DNA from: an uncultured SAR86 cluster bacterium
GTDB taxonomy: Bacteria > Pseudomonadota > Gammaproteobacteria > Magnimaribacterales > D2472
Length of the DNA stretch: 64,000 nt
NCBI GenBank assembly: GCA_902558095.1
Contig: CACECP010000003.1
Location: 80,308-144,307 of the forward strand
Reading direction: 5' to 3'
This document shows, one piece after another, positions 24,522-35,396 of the stretch (position 1 is its first letter; every line of letters begins with the position of its first letter). The notes under the pieces are model-generated. The model searched no databases. It was not told where the DNA came from and was given only the letters and a program-made list of their open reading frames with translations. A program made the translations under genes and the position numbers.

Positions 24522-25907
24522 TTACTTCTTAACTTTTTTATTATGTTTGATTAGTCGTTGTCTTTTTTTAATTTGCCTTTCGGTTAATTTGTTTGTTTTG
24601 TTGTCATAAGGATTATCAGCCTTTCTAAATATCAGCCTTAACTGAATGCTTAATAAACCCAGGCTGGAGCGAAAAGAATTCTCTAGATATTTCTTATAAT
24701 TATTAGGAATTTTTTTGTCTTGGTTGGAATGTATTATCAATGTAGTTGGACAAGTTCCTCCAAAGTGAACGTGTTTAAATTTAAGTTGTCTTCCTCCAAC
24801 TGCTGGTGGAGCGCTCATTGATATAAATTTTCTAAGCAAATTATTTAAATTCGAAGTAGAGAATTTCTTTTGTGAAAGATCAATAAGTTTATTTGTCATA
24901 TTAAAAACTTTATTAAATCCTATTTTTTTTATTGCTGATATTTCTAAAGTGACAAGATTTGACATAAATTCTGATTGCATTTTTTTTGTTTTATAAATTT
25001 CTATAAGTTCTTCCTTTTTTAAGAGATCTATCTTATTAAAAACAAATAAAACAGGCTTTCCGTTATCTATTATCATGTTTAATATTTTAAGGTCTTGATC
25101 AACAAGACCGTCTGTTGCATCGCATATAAAAATAACTATGTCACTCTGCTCTATTGCATGAATAGCCCTAACATAGGAAAAATATTCAATTTTATGATTG
25201 TATTTATAGCCTTTTCTAATTCCAGCAGTATCAATAAATATAAATTTATGATTGTTAAATTCAAATGGAACGCTTATTGCATCAATGGTTGTGCCTGCGA
25301 TATCACTTACAATTAGCCTATCTTCGTTAATAATTTGATTTATAAATGTAGATTTTCCTGCATTTGGTCTCCCAAGAATTGCAACTTTTTTTCCCTCAGG
25401 CAATTCAACCGATACATTGGGAACCTTACTTTCGAGATGTGATTTTAATATATTTAGATTTTTAGAATGTTCGGCGCTGATTTTAATAAATTCAAGAATC
25501 CCGTTTTTAGCAAGATCATCATAAATTGAAGAGTTTGATTTTTTGTCAATTTTATTAATTACTGTTATGAAATCCTTATTTAATTTCCTTAATTTATAAA
25601 TAATATCTAGGTCTTCTTTGTTTAAATCCTCCGAACTATCTAATAAAAGAATAATTAGTGATGACTCTTCAACAGCCAACCAAGCTTGTTGAGAGATTGC
25701 TTCTTTAATGGTTTCTTTCTTATTAGCGATGCCACCAGTATCAACCAACAGAGTATCTCTATTTTTTAACTTTATAAAGCCATAATTTCTATCTTTAGTA
25801 AGACCTGGAAAATCTGAAACTACTGCATCCCTTGACTTAGTTAATTTATTGAAAAGAGAAGATTTTCCGACATTAGGACGTCCTATGATTGCTATTGAGG
25901 TAAACAT
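24522..25907 (-). CDS. der: Ribosome biogenesis GTPase Der (EngA)
   Basis: Two G domains: GRPNVGKS/DTGG/NKID and GRPNAGKS/DTAG/NKID. Confidence 0.97.
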   Translation of the reverse strand: MFTSIAIIGRPNVGKSSLFNKLTKSRDAVVSDFPGLTKDRNYGFIKLKNRDTLLVDTGGIANKKETIKEAISQQAWLAVEESSLIILLLDSSEDLNKEDLDIIYKLRKLNKDFITVINKIDKKSNSSIYDDLAKNGILEFIKISAEHSKNLNILKSHLESKVPNVSVELPEGKKVAILGRPNAGKSTFINQIINEDRLIVSDIAGTTIDAISVPFEFNNHKFIFIDTAGIRKGYKYNHKIEYFSYVRAIHAIEQSDIVIFICDATDGLVDQDLKILNMIIDNGKPVLFVFNKIDLLKKEELIEIYKTKKMQSEFMSNLVTLEISAIKKIGFNKVFNMTNKLIDLSQKKFSTSNLNNLLRKFISMSAPPAVGGRQLKFKHVHFGGTCPTTLIIHSNQDKKIPNNYKKYLENSFRSSLGLLSIQLRLIFRKADNPYDNKTNKLTERQIKKRQRLIKHNKKVKK

Positions 25908-25921
25908 TTTTAAATCTCATT

Positions 25922-27082
25922 TTATATGTTTATAGAGAATAGATTAAATGAGTCATCGATAACATATAAGCTATTACTTCTGCTAAATAATGATTTAATA
26001 GGTTTTTTTGATAATTTTTTTCTACTAATTGTCTTTCCATTTAAAGGATCAATAATATGAATATATCCTTCAAAGTCACCTACAATTAAATTTCCCTTAT
26101 AGCTGACCGCATTTGAAAGATTTCTGTTTATGTAATCCTCATTTATCCATGACTCTTGTAAAGACTTTGATGAAAATGATTTTATTTTTGAATTATCCTC
26201 AACAACTACCAACATCCCTCTCATCAAGACAGGGGAATAGAATGATGATATTTTATATGACCAAACAGATCTTCTTTGGGCAATATCGAAGATATTAAGG
26301 TTTCCTTGATAATTGGTTGTATAAACAAGTCCGCCCTCAATTACTGGACTTGAATCTGCATCTATTAAATTTTCTAATTCAGATGAGCCACTGACATAAG
26401 AAATTGCTCCATCCCATATTGGAAATCCTGAATCTATTTCAAATACTCCCAATCTTCCATTATCAAAAGATGTATATAGCAAACTATCAACCATTACTGG
26501 GCTGCTACTACCCCTTACAGTAAGCGCTGGAAGCTTAGATCTATAAGACCATTCAATTTCACCTGTTTGTTTATTTAGTCCAATTAATTCTCCTGAACCT
26601 GTTTTAACTGCAACTATTTTTGTATCAATAACCGACTTACTTAAGACTTCTCCTTTGACATTTGTACTCCAAAGCTTAGATCCATCTTTTTGATCTAAAG
26701 CTATAACATTTCCATCAACATCTGCAACAATAATAATTCCAAAACCTGCAGCAGTTCCAGAGGCAAGAAAATTTAGTTCTGTTGACCAGTCAATGGTCCC
26801 ATTGCTTATATCAATTGAAGATAAAGTTCCTTGAGAGTCTGCAAAAAAAATACTTTTTGAGCTGAAGGCCGGTTCAAAATTTCCAATCTCATTTTCACCT
26901 TTAAAAGAAATATCCCATATTATTTGAACATCCTTTTTATTTTCAATTTTATATAGCTCCTTCGGCTCATCTGGATCAACTTCATCAGACTTCCAAAACC
27001 TCAAGCCATCAAGAGATGAACAAGAGCTCAAAATAAACATTGTTTGAATAATAAGAAAAAAATATAGTTTTTTATTTATCAA
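25922..27082 (-). CDS. bamB: Outer membrane assembly lipoprotein BamB
   Basis: Lipobox LSSC, PQQ-like beta-propeller repeats, LTVRGSSSP; yfgM-bamB-der synteny. Confidence 0.88.
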   Translation of the reverse strand: MINKKLYFFLIIQTMFILSSCSSLDGLRFWKSDEVDPDEPKELYKIENKKDVQIIWDISFKGENEIGNFEPAFSSKSIFFADSQGTLSSIDISNGTIDWSTELNFLASGTAAGFGIIIVADVDGNVIALDQKDGSKLWSTNVKGEVLSKSVIDTKIVAVKTGSGELIGLNKQTGEIEWSYRSKLPALTVRGSSSPVMVDSLLYTSFDNGRLGVFEIDSGFPIWDGAISYVSGSSELENLIDADSSPVIEGGLVYTTNYQGNLNIFDIAQRRSVWSYKISSFYSPVLMRGMLVVVEDNSKIKSFSSKSLQESWINEDYINRNLSNAVSYKGNLIVGDFEGYIHIIDPLNGKTISRKKLSKKPIKSLFSRSNSLYVIDDSFNLFSINI

Positions 27083-27731
27083 CTTTCTTTCCTATGTTTG
27101 CTATCTTCATCGAGATAATTGATTTGGAAGTTTCATCATTATATTTTTCTAAAGCTTTATTATATTGAGCTAAAGAAAGGTCAATTTTATTTTGTTTAAG
27201 TAAAATATCGCCAGTCAATTCGTGAATGTATCCATTGGTAGATTCTGATGAAAACTTTTCAATCATATCAAGGGCTTCATCATATTTTTTTTCTGATGAA
27301 AGTATTCTCGCGGCACTCACTCTTGCAATTTTATTGTATATTTTATTTCCATTTCTGCCATCTGTGATACTGACTAGCTTCTGAAAATTATTAAGAGATT
27401 TTTCAAAATTATTATTTCTAGCATCAAGGCTAGCTTTATTTAATAAAGCTATCTGTGCATAACCTGAATTGCCATAGCTCTCCAATAAATTGTTTAGGGT
27501 TTGTTCTAATAGTTCATAATCTGGATTTTCTGAAGAAATCTCATTGAAAAAACTTGTATATATTTTGGAAGCCTCTGAGTTATTTTTCTTTGTTAACTGA
27601 TTATTAACAATAGTATAGCCAATGATAAAAACAACTATTAAAAAAATTGAGATTATTATTTTTTTATTTTTTTCGAGAAATTTTAATAAGGGTAAAAACT
27701 TCATATTATTTTCATATACATTATTATTCAT
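27072..27731 (-). CDS. yfgM: YfgM-like membrane-anchored TPR protein
   Basis: Single TM helix then TPR-like helices (ELTGDILL); between hisS and bamB. Confidence 0.8.
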   Translation of the reverse strand: MNNNVYENNMKFLPLLKFLEKNKKIIISIFLIVVFIIGYTIVNNQLTKKNNSEASKIYTSFFNEISSENPDYELLEQTLNNLLESYGNSGYAQIALLNKASLDARNNNFEKSLNNFQKLVSITDGRNGNKIYNKIARVSAARILSSEKKYDEALDMIEKFSSESTNGYIHELTGDILLKQNKIDLSLAQYNKALEKYNDETSKSIISMKIANIGKKVDK

Positions 27732-27742
27732 ATTTTGTTACC

Positions 27743-29011
27743 TTATTTAAGTTTTTTAATAAAGCCATCAATTTCATCCAAGCCTAGTGTAACTTGCTCA
27801 GAACTTTTATCTAAAAGAGGTTTAACAATAATTTTTTTAGCTTTAAGCTCATCCTCTCCAATAATTAATGCATAAGCAGCATTATCTTTATTTGCCCTTC
27901 TTAATTTTGATTTCAAACTTCCATCAGAAAGTTGAACATCTATATTAATTGAGTTATTTATAGATCTTAAATTGTGGGCTATTTTATATGCTTTTGGTTC
28001 AATTTTGTTAGATAAAATTATAAAAGAAACCATTGTCATGTTGTCTTTATATGTTTTTGCTAATGAAGCAAGGCGTTCAATACCAATAGCCATTCCTATA
28101 GCTGGTAGGCTTTTGCCACCAAGTTGTTTGCATAATTCATCGTACCTCCCCCCACCTAAATATGAATCTTGTGCACCAAGACTAGACGAAACAGCCTCAA
28201 AAACAAATCCAGTATAGTAATCTAATCCTCTAACTAGGTTATGATCAATCTCAATTTTACAATCATTAGAATATGTATCTTTTATGGTATTTAAAATACT
28301 TATAGCATCTTCTGAAAGATAATCGATTATTTTAGGGGCATCTTTTAAGATTGCTTGAGTATTTAAATTTTTTGAATCGAGAACTCTTAGTGGATTCTTG
28401 TTAAGACGTTCCAAATCTTTGGCATCAAGTTTTGATGACAGTGGTATTAAAAAATCTTCTAAAGCTTTGCAGTAATTTTGTTTTGTTTCATTATTTCCTA
28501 AATGATTTATTTTTAGTACTGAATCCTCTATTCCTAATGCCCTATTAATTGAACAAATTAATGAAACAATTTCTAGCTCTGCTAATCCTTCTGGGTAACC
28601 TAGAATTTCAACACCGGCTTGATTAAACTGCCTATATCTGCCTTTTTGCGGGCGTTCATATCTCCACATTGGTCCTAAATACCATAGCTTATGAGTATCA
28701 TTATCTATTTTCTTTTCAATAACTGACCTTATTACACTGGCTGTGCCTTCTGGTCTAAGAGTTATACTTTTTTCATTTTTATCAAGAAAAGAATATAGTT
28801 CCTTATTAACAATATCTGAAGCATCTCCAACCGATCTCTTGAATAGGTTTGAACTTTCTAAAGCAGGAGTTCTTATTTCAGAAATCGAATAACTTTCAAA
28901 AATATCTCTAAGAATTTCTTCTGCATAAAATATTCTTTCAGAAATATCTTCTTTGCTCGTCTTATGGCCAATAAGATCGATCATTCCTGTAAGAGAGTGA
29001 ATTTTTTCCAA
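27743..29011 (-). CDS. hisS: Histidine--tRNA ligase
   Basis: LRPEGTA, RYERPQKGRYRQF, LVRGLDYY, GGGRYD; TTG start. Confidence 0.97.
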   Translation of the reverse strand: MEKIHSLTGMIDLIGHKTSKEDISERIFYAEEILRDIFESYSISEIRTPALESSNLFKRSVGDASDIVNKELYSFLDKNEKSITLRPEGTASVIRSVIEKKIDNDTHKLWYLGPMWRYERPQKGRYRQFNQAGVEILGYPEGLAELEIVSLICSINRALGIEDSVLKINHLGNNETKQNYCKALEDFLIPLSSKLDAKDLERLNKNPLRVLDSKNLNTQAILKDAPKIIDYLSEDAISILNTIKDTYSNDCKIEIDHNLVRGLDYYTGFVFEAVSSSLGAQDSYLGGGRYDELCKQLGGKSLPAIGMAIGIERLASLAKTYKDNMTMVSFIILSNKIEPKAYKIAHNLRSINNSINIDVQLSDGSLKSKLRRANKDNAAYALIIGEDELKAKKIIVKPLLDKSSEQVTLGLDEIDGFIKKLK

Positions 29012-29012
29012 C

Positions 29013-30116
29013 TTAACTCCTTAAAATTATCTGTTCAGATTCTGTTTTATTTTTACTAATTTTTTTTCTTACTTGTTTCTCAAGTTCATTAACCAAATCA
29101 TCATTTGAAATTTTTTTGTTAGGCGTTCCATCAATATACAAAAGATTTTTAGGGCTTGCTCCAGTAAGTCCAATACTAGCAGCTTTACTTTCTCCAGGTC
29201 CATTTACATAACATCCAATAATAGCAATTTCTATATCATCTGAAATATCCTCAAGACGCTCTTCGAGCTCATTAACTACATTAATTACATTAAAGTTTTG
29301 TCTAGAACAGCTTGGACAAGCAATAATTTTTACACCCCTGCTTCTAATATTTAAGCTTTTTAGTATGTCCCAACCAATTTTTATCTCATCAACAGGATCT
29401 GAAGCTAAGGAAATCCTAATGGTATCTCCAATACCTTCAGTCAAAAGCATCCCAATTCCTATCGAAGACTTTACAGTTCCAGCTCTGTAACTTCCTGCTT
29501 CAGTTATTCCAAGATGCAACGGCTGATCAATTAATTTTGATATTTTTCGATATGCTTCCACAGTCATTTCTATGTTTGAAGCCTTAAGACTCATTTTATA
29601 ATTGTCAAAATTAAATTTATCTAAAATTTCAACATGCCTTAGAGCTGATTCAACTAAAGCATCAGCATTAGGTTCACCATATTTTTTTTGTAAGTCTTTT
29701 TCTAAAGAGCCAGCATTAACACCAACCCTAATTGGAACATTGTTGTGAAGAGCGGCATTAATAACTTCTCTTATACGTTCTTCTTTTCCAATATTACCTG
29801 GATTAATTCTTAAACAGTCAGCTGTATCAGCAACCTCTAAGGCAATCTTATAATCAAAATGAATGTCAGCAACCAGGGGTATATTCACTGCTTTTTTTAT
29901 TTCTTTGAACGCATTTGCTTCGTCATACCCTGGTACAGAAACTCTTACTATATCGGCACCTGCTGACTCCAAATCTTTAATTTGATTGACAGTTGATACT
30001 ACATCACAAGTATCTGTATTCGTCATCGATTGAATTGAAATAGGATTATTGCCTCCAACAGGAATATTTCCAACCATGATGGTCTTGGTTTTATTTCGCT
30101 TAATCCAGTTGCTCAT
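29013..30116 (-). CDS. ispG: (E)-4-hydroxy-3-methylbut-2-enyl-diphosphate synthase
   Basis: [37 protein letters not shown]. Confidence 0.97.
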   Translation of the reverse strand: MSNWIKRNKTKTIMVGNIPVGGNNPISIQSMTNTDTCDVVSTVNQIKDLESAGADIVRVSVPGYDEANAFKEIKKAVNIPLVADIHFDYKIALEVADTADCLRINPGNIGKEERIREVINAALHNNVPIRVGVNAGSLEKDLQKKYGEPNADALVESALRHVEILDKFNFDNYKMSLKASNIEMTVEAYRKISKLIDQPLHLGITEAGSYRAGTVKSSIGIGMLLTEGIGDTIRISLASDPVDEIKIGWDILKSLNIRSRGVKIIACPSCSRQNFNVINVVNELEERLEDISDDIEIAIIGCYVNGPGESKAASIGLTGASPKNLLYIDGTPNKKISNDDLVNELEKQVRKKISKNKTESEQIILRS

Positions 30117-30852
30117 TTAAAAAATAAATTGTATTCAATCTAGTAAGTCTATTAGCATTAGTAATAAAATCAATGCGTTCATCATTATAAGTCCCTGTCA
30201 CTGAATCGGCATTTTCAATTATGATTTTAAATGGCATAGCTATTTCTTTAATAAACTGGTCATCTTTCTCAAAATTTTGCGCTACCACAAGCTTTTCATT
30301 CATATAAAGCTCAATCCAACATTCGCTAACAAAATCAAGAATAAGCATATTTTTATTAACACTGATATCATTATTGTGCTCAATTGGAGTATCTTCTTTA
30401 AAAGAACTCACTACTAAATCGATATCAACTGGATTAGTAATTTCATCCTCATTAACATCTAAAGCAATTTGTTTGTTGGATAAGTAATAAAGAAAGGTTA
30501 TTCCAGCTAATATTAATAAAAGAGTTAATAAAAACTTTGGGCTCTTTACAAAAGATTTATTTAGCTTAAATTCTGACGGCATTATTGTATTTCTTTTAGG
30601 AATGTCTTGTTCGAAAATATTTGGAAAATCAGAATTTATTCCAAGATAAGCATCGTATTTCTTAAAGTATGCCTTTGCAAATACCTTGCTAGGAAAAATT
30701 GTGTAATCACCTTTTTCTATAGCAATAAGATAATCTTTGTTTATAAAAATCTTCTTTGATACTTGATCAATAGAGTATCCATACTCGAGTCTTTTTTTTG
30801 TAAATCTTTTGCCAATTTTTGCTGAAGAAGCAGACTTTAATTCGTATTTCAT
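30100..30852 (-). CDS. rodZ: RodZ-like cytoskeleton protein (HTH-TM-C-terminal domain)
   Basis: N-terminal HTH ([10 protein letters not shown]...FAKAYFKKY), TM helix, ECWIE; rlmN-rodZ-ispG synteny. Confidence 0.82.
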   Translation of the reverse strand: MKYELKSASSAKIGKRFTKKRLEYGYSIDQVSKKIFINKDYLIAIEKGDYTIFPSKVFAKAYFKKYDAYLGINSDFPNIFEQDIPKRNTIMPSEFKLNKSFVKSPKFLLTLLLILAGITFLYYLSNKQIALDVNEDEITNPVDIDLVVSSFKEDTPIEHNNDISVNKNMLILDFVSECWIELYMNEKLVVAQNFEKDDQFIKEIAMPFKIIIENADSVTGTYNDERIDFITNANRLTRLNTIYFLNEQLD

Positions 30853-31931
30853 GATATTAATTTATGAGATATTAAATGCTTCCCTTTAATTGAATGAGCA
30901 AGGTTTCCAACCAATTGTCCACAGGCTCCATCAATTTCATCGCCACGGGTAATTCTTAAAGTAGTAATGTATCCTTTGTTCATTAAATAATCTTTAAATA
31001 AATTTATTTTTTTTAAGGTTGGTCTTTTATAATTTGATCCTTTAAAACTGTTAAATGGTATTAAATTAATCTTACATGACATCGTTGATAACAATCTTGT
31101 TAACTTTTTAGCATGCAAAATTGAATCATTTATACCATCAATAAGGATATATTCAACAGTGATACTTCTCTTGTTCTGATATTTATTTAAATAATCTTTA
31201 CATGCATCTATCAAAGAATCTATAGGATACTTATTATTTATAGGAACTATCTCATCTCTTAGATTATCATCTGGCGCGTGAAGAGATATCGCTAATGAAA
31301 CATCTATTTCATCATAAAGTTTTTTTATATTTGGCACTATGCCAGAAGTACTAATGGTAATTCTCTTTCTTGAAAGTCCATAAGCTAACTGATGTTTCAT
31401 TATCTTTGCTGATTCTATTACAGCATCAAAGTTAAGTAATGGCTCTCCCATACCCATAAACACTATATTTGTAATAGGTTGATTATATTTTCTATGAAAA
31501 TTTGAAAGCCATAGCTGTCCAATAATTTCATGACTATCTAGGTTTTGGTCGAACCCCTGGGCACCGGTAGCACAAAAAGTGCATTGAAGAGCGCAACCAG
31601 CTTGAGAAGAGACACATAAAGTTCTTCTATTTTTTTCTGGAATTTCTACCATCTCTATCATTGAACCTGACTCAAGAGCAATGAGATATTTGATTGTACC
31701 CTCCTTGGAAACATGCTCTTCATGAATAATTGGGGGCTTAATGTAGGCAATCGAATTAAGCTTAGCTCGAAGATCTTTATTCAGATCTGTCATTAAATTA
31801 AAATCTAATACGCCTTTTTGGTGTATCCATTTTAGAAGTTGTTTTGCTCTAAACTTCGGTTCATTAATTTTTGAAAAAAAACTTTCTAGCGACTCTAGAG
31901 AGTAGCCTAAAAGATTTTCTTTTGCTTGCAA
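30849..31931 (-). CDS. rlmN: Dual-specificity RNA methyltransferase RlmN
   Basis: CVSSQAGCALQCTFC, FMGMGEPL, SLHAPDD, GACGQL. Confidence 0.97.
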   Translation of the reverse strand: MQAKENLLGYSLESLESFFSKINEPKFRAKQLLKWIHQKGVLDFNLMTDLNKDLRAKLNSIAYIKPPIIHEEHVSKEGTIKYLIALESGSMIEMVEIPEKNRRTLCVSSQAGCALQCTFCATGAQGFDQNLDSHEIIGQLWLSNFHRKYNQPITNIVFMGMGEPLLNFDAVIESAKIMKHQLAYGLSRKRITISTSGIVPNIKKLYDEIDVSLAISLHAPDDNLRDEIVPINNKYPIDSLIDACKDYLNKYQNKRSITVEYILIDGINDSILHAKKLTRLLSTMSCKINLIPFNSFKGSNYKRPTLKKINLFKDYLMNKGYITTLRITRGDEIDGACGQLVGNLAHSIKGKHLISHKLIS

Positions 31932-31932
31932 T

Positions 31933-32358
31933 TTACTTATTCAATATTTCTTTAGTTGAAAAGAAATACTCAATCTCCCTTTTTGCACTAACGAGTGAAT
32001 CTGATCCGTGAACGGCATTTGCATCTATACTTTTAGCAAAATCTGCTCTTATTGTTCCCTCGGCAGCCTCTTGCGGATTTGTTGCACCCATAAGCTCTCT
32101 ATTTTTTTGAATTGCATTGTCACCTTCAAGCACTTGAATAAACACTGGGCCTGATGTCATAAAATTTTTAAGATCATTAAAAAATGGTTTTCCGTCGTGT
32201 TCTGCGTAAAACCCTGATGCCAATTCGTCTGTTAAGTGTATTAACTTTCCAGCAACTAGATGCAAACCATTTTCTTCAAATCTAGTTATAATTTTTCCAA
32301 TTACATTTTTTTTTACTGCATCGGGTTTAATGATTGATAGTGTTTGTTCTATGGCCAT
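31933..32358 (-). CDS. ndk: Nucleoside diphosphate kinase
   Basis: [22 protein letters not shown]. Confidence 0.98.
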   Translation of the reverse strand: MAIEQTLSIIKPDAVKKNVIGKIITRFEENGLHLVAGKLIHLTDELASGFYAEHDGKPFFNDLKNFMTSGPVFIQVLEGDNAIQKNRELMGATNPQEAAEGTIRADFAKSIDANAVHGSDSLVSAKREIEYFFSTKEILNK

Positions 32359-32394
32359 ATCTAAGTCCTAAATTTATTCGGTATTATATTAAAG

Positions 32395-32598
32395 TTATTG
32401 TGATTCTTCTATCCAATGCATCTGAATAGCTTCAAGTATTTTTTCATTAGACCTTTTAGGATCTCCAACAAAATTTTCCAATCCACATACTTTTTGATGT
32501 AAATCTGGAAAACTTATCCATTGAGGGTCAACTTCTGGAAATTTATCGTAAAGCTCTATGGCTATATCTAAAACATCTATCCAATCTATTTTTTGCAC
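32395..32598 (-). CDS. iscX: Fe-S assembly protein IscX
   Basis: W.DVLDIAIEL, F.DL, NEKILEAIQ..W; follows fdx. Confidence 0.93.
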   Translation of the reverse strand: MQKIDWIDVLDIAIELYDKFPEVDPQWISFPDLHQKVCGLENFVGDPKRSNEKILEAIQMHWIEESQ

Positions 32599-32939
32599 TA
32601 ATGATCCTCAGAAACCATATTAATATTGTATTTCGGTAGTTCGATTTCTATTTCTTCATCATCCGGAGGTATTGCTTGACAGCTTAATCTTGAAGTTTGT
32701 TCTAATCCCCATGCTTTATCTAGTAGATCTTCTTCAATATCACTGGCTTCATCCAAAGATTCAAACCCTTTTCTTACGATACAGTGACATGTAGTGCAGG
32801 CAGCTGACATTTCACAAGCATGTTCTATCTTAATATCATGTCTCAAAGCAGCTTCACAGATCGTTTCTTCTGGAAGAGATTCAATTTGAGCTCCATCAGG
32901 ACATATTTCCTTATGAGGCCATATTTTTATTTTTGCCAT
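32598..32939 (-). CDS. fdx: ISC [2Fe-2S] ferredoxin
   Basis: IEHACEMSAACTTCHC, SRLSCQ; likely start is MAKIKIWPH at 32939 rather than the track's 32972. Confidence 0.95.
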   Translation of the reverse strand: MAKIKIWPHKEICPDGAQIESLPEETICEAALRHDIKIEHACEMSAACTTCHCIVRKGFESLDEASDIEEDLLDKAWGLEQTSRLSCQAIPPDDEEIEIELPKYNINMVSEDH

Positions 32940-32941
32940 TT

Positions 32942-33283
32942 TTAAACTGTGAAACTCTCGCCACATCCACAAACAGCTTTTGCATTTGGATTGACGAACT
33001 TAATACCTTTATTCAGACCATCATCAACATAATCTATTAAGCTTCCTTTTAAAAAATTAAAACTTTCAGTATCTACAAAAATAGTACAATTTTCTTTCTT
33101 AAATCTTAGATAACCATCTTGAATGACATCAACAAAATCAAAAGTATATTCATAGCCAGAACAACCAGCCTCTTTGACACCAATTTTTATACCTTTGCCC
33201 TTACCTCTTAAATCAAGCATTTCTTTGAAATGAGTTAAGGCGCTTTCAGATAAGTTAAGTTCTTCAGGGTTAAAATTGCTCAT
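32942..33283 (-). CDS. iscA: A-type Fe-S carrier IscA
   Basis: GCSGYEY, NPNAKAVCGCGESF. Confidence 0.93.
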   Translation of the reverse strand: MSNFNPEELNLSESALTHFKEMLDLRGKGKGIKIGVKEAGCSGYEYTFDFVDVIQDGYLRFKKENCTIFVDTESFNFLKGSLIDYVDDGLNKGIKFVNPNAKAVCGCGESFTV

Positions 33284-33288
33284 CTCAT

Positions 33289-33693
33289 TTATTGCTTGGC
33301 TTCATAATCCTCAATAGCTTGTCTTATTGAATCTTCAGCTAAAACAGAACAATGAATTTTTATAGGGGGTAATTCAAGCGCTTCCACAATTTCGACATTT
33401 TTAATAGCTTTAGCTTCTTCAAGAGTTTTTCCTATTAACATCTCAACTAACTCACTGGAAGATGCTATTGCGGAACCGCAGCCATAAGTTTTAAATTTCA
33501 CATCCTTTATAACATGTGTATTACCCTTTGCTTCGCACTTAATTTGAAGTTTCATAACATCACCACAAGCTGGCGCTCCAACCATTCCAGTTCCTATATT
33601 TGTTTCTTTAGGATCAAATCTTCCAACCTTGAATGCTTCAGGGTTATTTAATGTATTTTCAAATTTTTCAACAACTTTTTTACTATACGCCAT
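33289..33693 (-). CDS. iscU: Fe-S scaffold IscU (variant)
   Basis: GAPACGDVMKLQI, KTYGCGSAIASS, LPPIKIHCSVLAED. Confidence 0.95.
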   Translation of the reverse strand: MAYSKKVVEKFENTLNNPEAFKVGRFDPKETNIGTGMVGAPACGDVMKLQIKCEAKGNTHVIKDVKFKTYGCGSAIASSSELVEMLIGKTLEEAKAIKNVEIVEALELPPIKIHCSVLAEDSIRQAIEDYEAKQ

Positions 33694-33702
33694 ACAAATC
33701 TC

Positions 33703-34923
33703 CTAGTGCATTTTCCATTCAACTTTATCAAGGTCAATACCATCAAGATGCATCTCCCATAAAGGTGAAAGTTCTCTTAATCTATGCACAACATTGCCTA
33801 AAATATTTAATGTGTCTTTAACATCATCATCGCTTGTAAATCTCCCAAATGAGAACCTGATTGAGCTATGTGCTAATTCATCTTTTCTTCCAAGTGCTCT
33901 TAAAACATATGAAGGTTCTAGGCTTGCAGAAGTACAAGCAGATCCTGACGAAACAGCAATATCTTTTAAACCCATAATTAAAGACTCTCCCTCAACAAAA
34001 TTAAAACTTACATTGAGAATATTTGGTACTTTATTTTTTAGATCACCATTTACATATACGTGATCAATCTCTTTTACTTTTTCAAGAAAATCTTGATGAA
34101 ATTTATTTACTTTTATGTGGTCTTTAGGCATCTCAGCTTTAGCAATTTTAAAAGCTTCGCCCATACCGACAATTTGATGAGTAGCTAATGTTCCTGATCT
34201 CATTCCTCTTTCATGACCTCCCCCGTGGATAAGTGCTTCTAATCTTACTCTTGGTTTACGTCGAACAAACAATGCTCCAATTCCTTTTGGTCCATATGTT
34301 TTATGTGCTGAAAATGACATCAAATCAACAGGTATATTAGATAAATCTATATCTATTTTGCCTGTGCTTTGCGCAGCATCTACATGGAAAAAAGCGCCTT
34401 TCTCTCTAACAATAGAACCGATTTTTTCAAGATTATTTACGGTTCCTAGCTCATTGTTAATATGCATAATAGATACCAAGATTGTTGTATCTTTGATGGC
34501 GTCCTTTACGGATTCAGGACTAATAATACCACCCTCATCAGGATCTAAATATGTAACTTCGAAACCTTCCCTTTCAAGTTGTCGACATGGGTCTAAAACA
34601 GCTTTATGTTCAATTTTAGAAGTTATTATGTGATTTCCTTTATTTTTATAAAATCTAGCAACACCTTTAATAGCAAGATTATCAGCCTCTGTGGCACCAG
34701 ATGTCCAAACTATTTCACGAGGATCGCAATTAACAAGATTTGCCACATGTGATCTTGCTTCTTCAACAGCTTCATCGGCCTTCCATCCAAATTTGTGAGA
34801 TCTAGATGCAGGATTACCAAACTCACCTTCAGGAGTTAAAAATTCCATCATTTTGGAAGCTACCCTTGGATCAACTGGTGTAGTCGATGCGTAGTCCAAA
34901 TAAATTGTAGATTGTGTGCTCAT
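33703..34923 (-). CDS. iscS: Cysteine desulfurase IscS
   Basis: [27 protein letters not shown]. Confidence 0.98.
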   Translation of the reverse strand: MSTQSTIYLDYASTTPVDPRVASKMMEFLTPEGEFGNPASRSHKFGWKADEAVEEARSHVANLVNCDPREIVWTSGATEADNLAIKGVARFYKNKGNHIITSKIEHKAVLDPCRQLEREGFEVTYLDPDEGGIISPESVKDAIKDTTILVSIMHINNELGTVNNLEKIGSIVREKGAFFHVDAAQSTGKIDIDLSNIPVDLMSFSAHKTYGPKGIGALFVRRKPRVRLEALIHGGGHERGMRSGTLATHQIVGMGEAFKIAKAEMPKDHIKVNKFHQDFLEKVKEIDHVYVNGDLKNKVPNILNVSFNFVEGESLIMGLKDIAVSSGSACTSASLEPSYVLRALGRKDELAHSSIRFSFGRFTSDDDVKDTLNILGNVVHRLRELSPLWEMHLDGIDLDKVEWKMH

Positions 34924-35358
34924 CTAATTTATCTCTTTAACTTTAATATATGGGTCTTCATACGATTCTACAAGACTATTTATAGTAATTTTTTCTAAAT
35001 AATCTTCGACAATGATATTAAGTTCATGCCACAAATCATGGGTGCTGCATTTTTTTCCATTATGACATGCCGAACTTCCATTGCATTTAGTTGCATCAAG
35101 TATCTCATCAACTGCGTACATAACTTCTTTAATTGAAATAGATGCAGGATCTTTGGCATACAAGTACCCGCCATTTCTTCCTCTAATGCTCTTGACGATA
35201 CCAGCCAAACGCAGTTTTCGAAAAATCTGTTCTAAATATGTAAGCTCTATATTCTGGTTATTAGATATATCACTAAGAGAGACAGGTCCCGAAGACTGTA
35301 AAAAGCTCAATTCAGTAAGTGCACTAACAGCATATCTGCTTTTTGTAGTTAATCTCAC
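34924..35358 (-). CDS. iscR: Fe-S cluster regulator IscR (Rrf2 family)
   Basis: [24 protein letters not shown], three Cys plus His (C-x5-C-x5-C-x2-H); GTG start. Confidence 0.93.
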   Translation of the reverse strand: MRLTTKSRYAVSALTELSFLQSSGPVSLSDISNNQNIELTYLEQIFRKLRLAGIVKSIRGRNGGYLYAKDPASISIKEVMYAVDEILDATKCNGSSACHNGKKCSTHDLWHELNIIVEDYLEKITINSLVESYEDPYIKVKEIN

Positions 35359-35364
35359 GAGGGA

Positions 35365-35396
35365 ATTATAAATACCTGACTAATTTAGTCAAGTTT
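35365..35396 (-). promoter_or_regulatory. Sigma70 promoter of iscR overlapped by an IscR type-1 operator
   Basis: Minus strand TTGACT-N16-TATAAT; plus strand 35372-35396 ATACCTGACTAATTTAGTCAAGTTT matches ATASYYGACTRWWWYAGTCRRSTAT at 24 of 25 positions. Confidence 0.85.
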
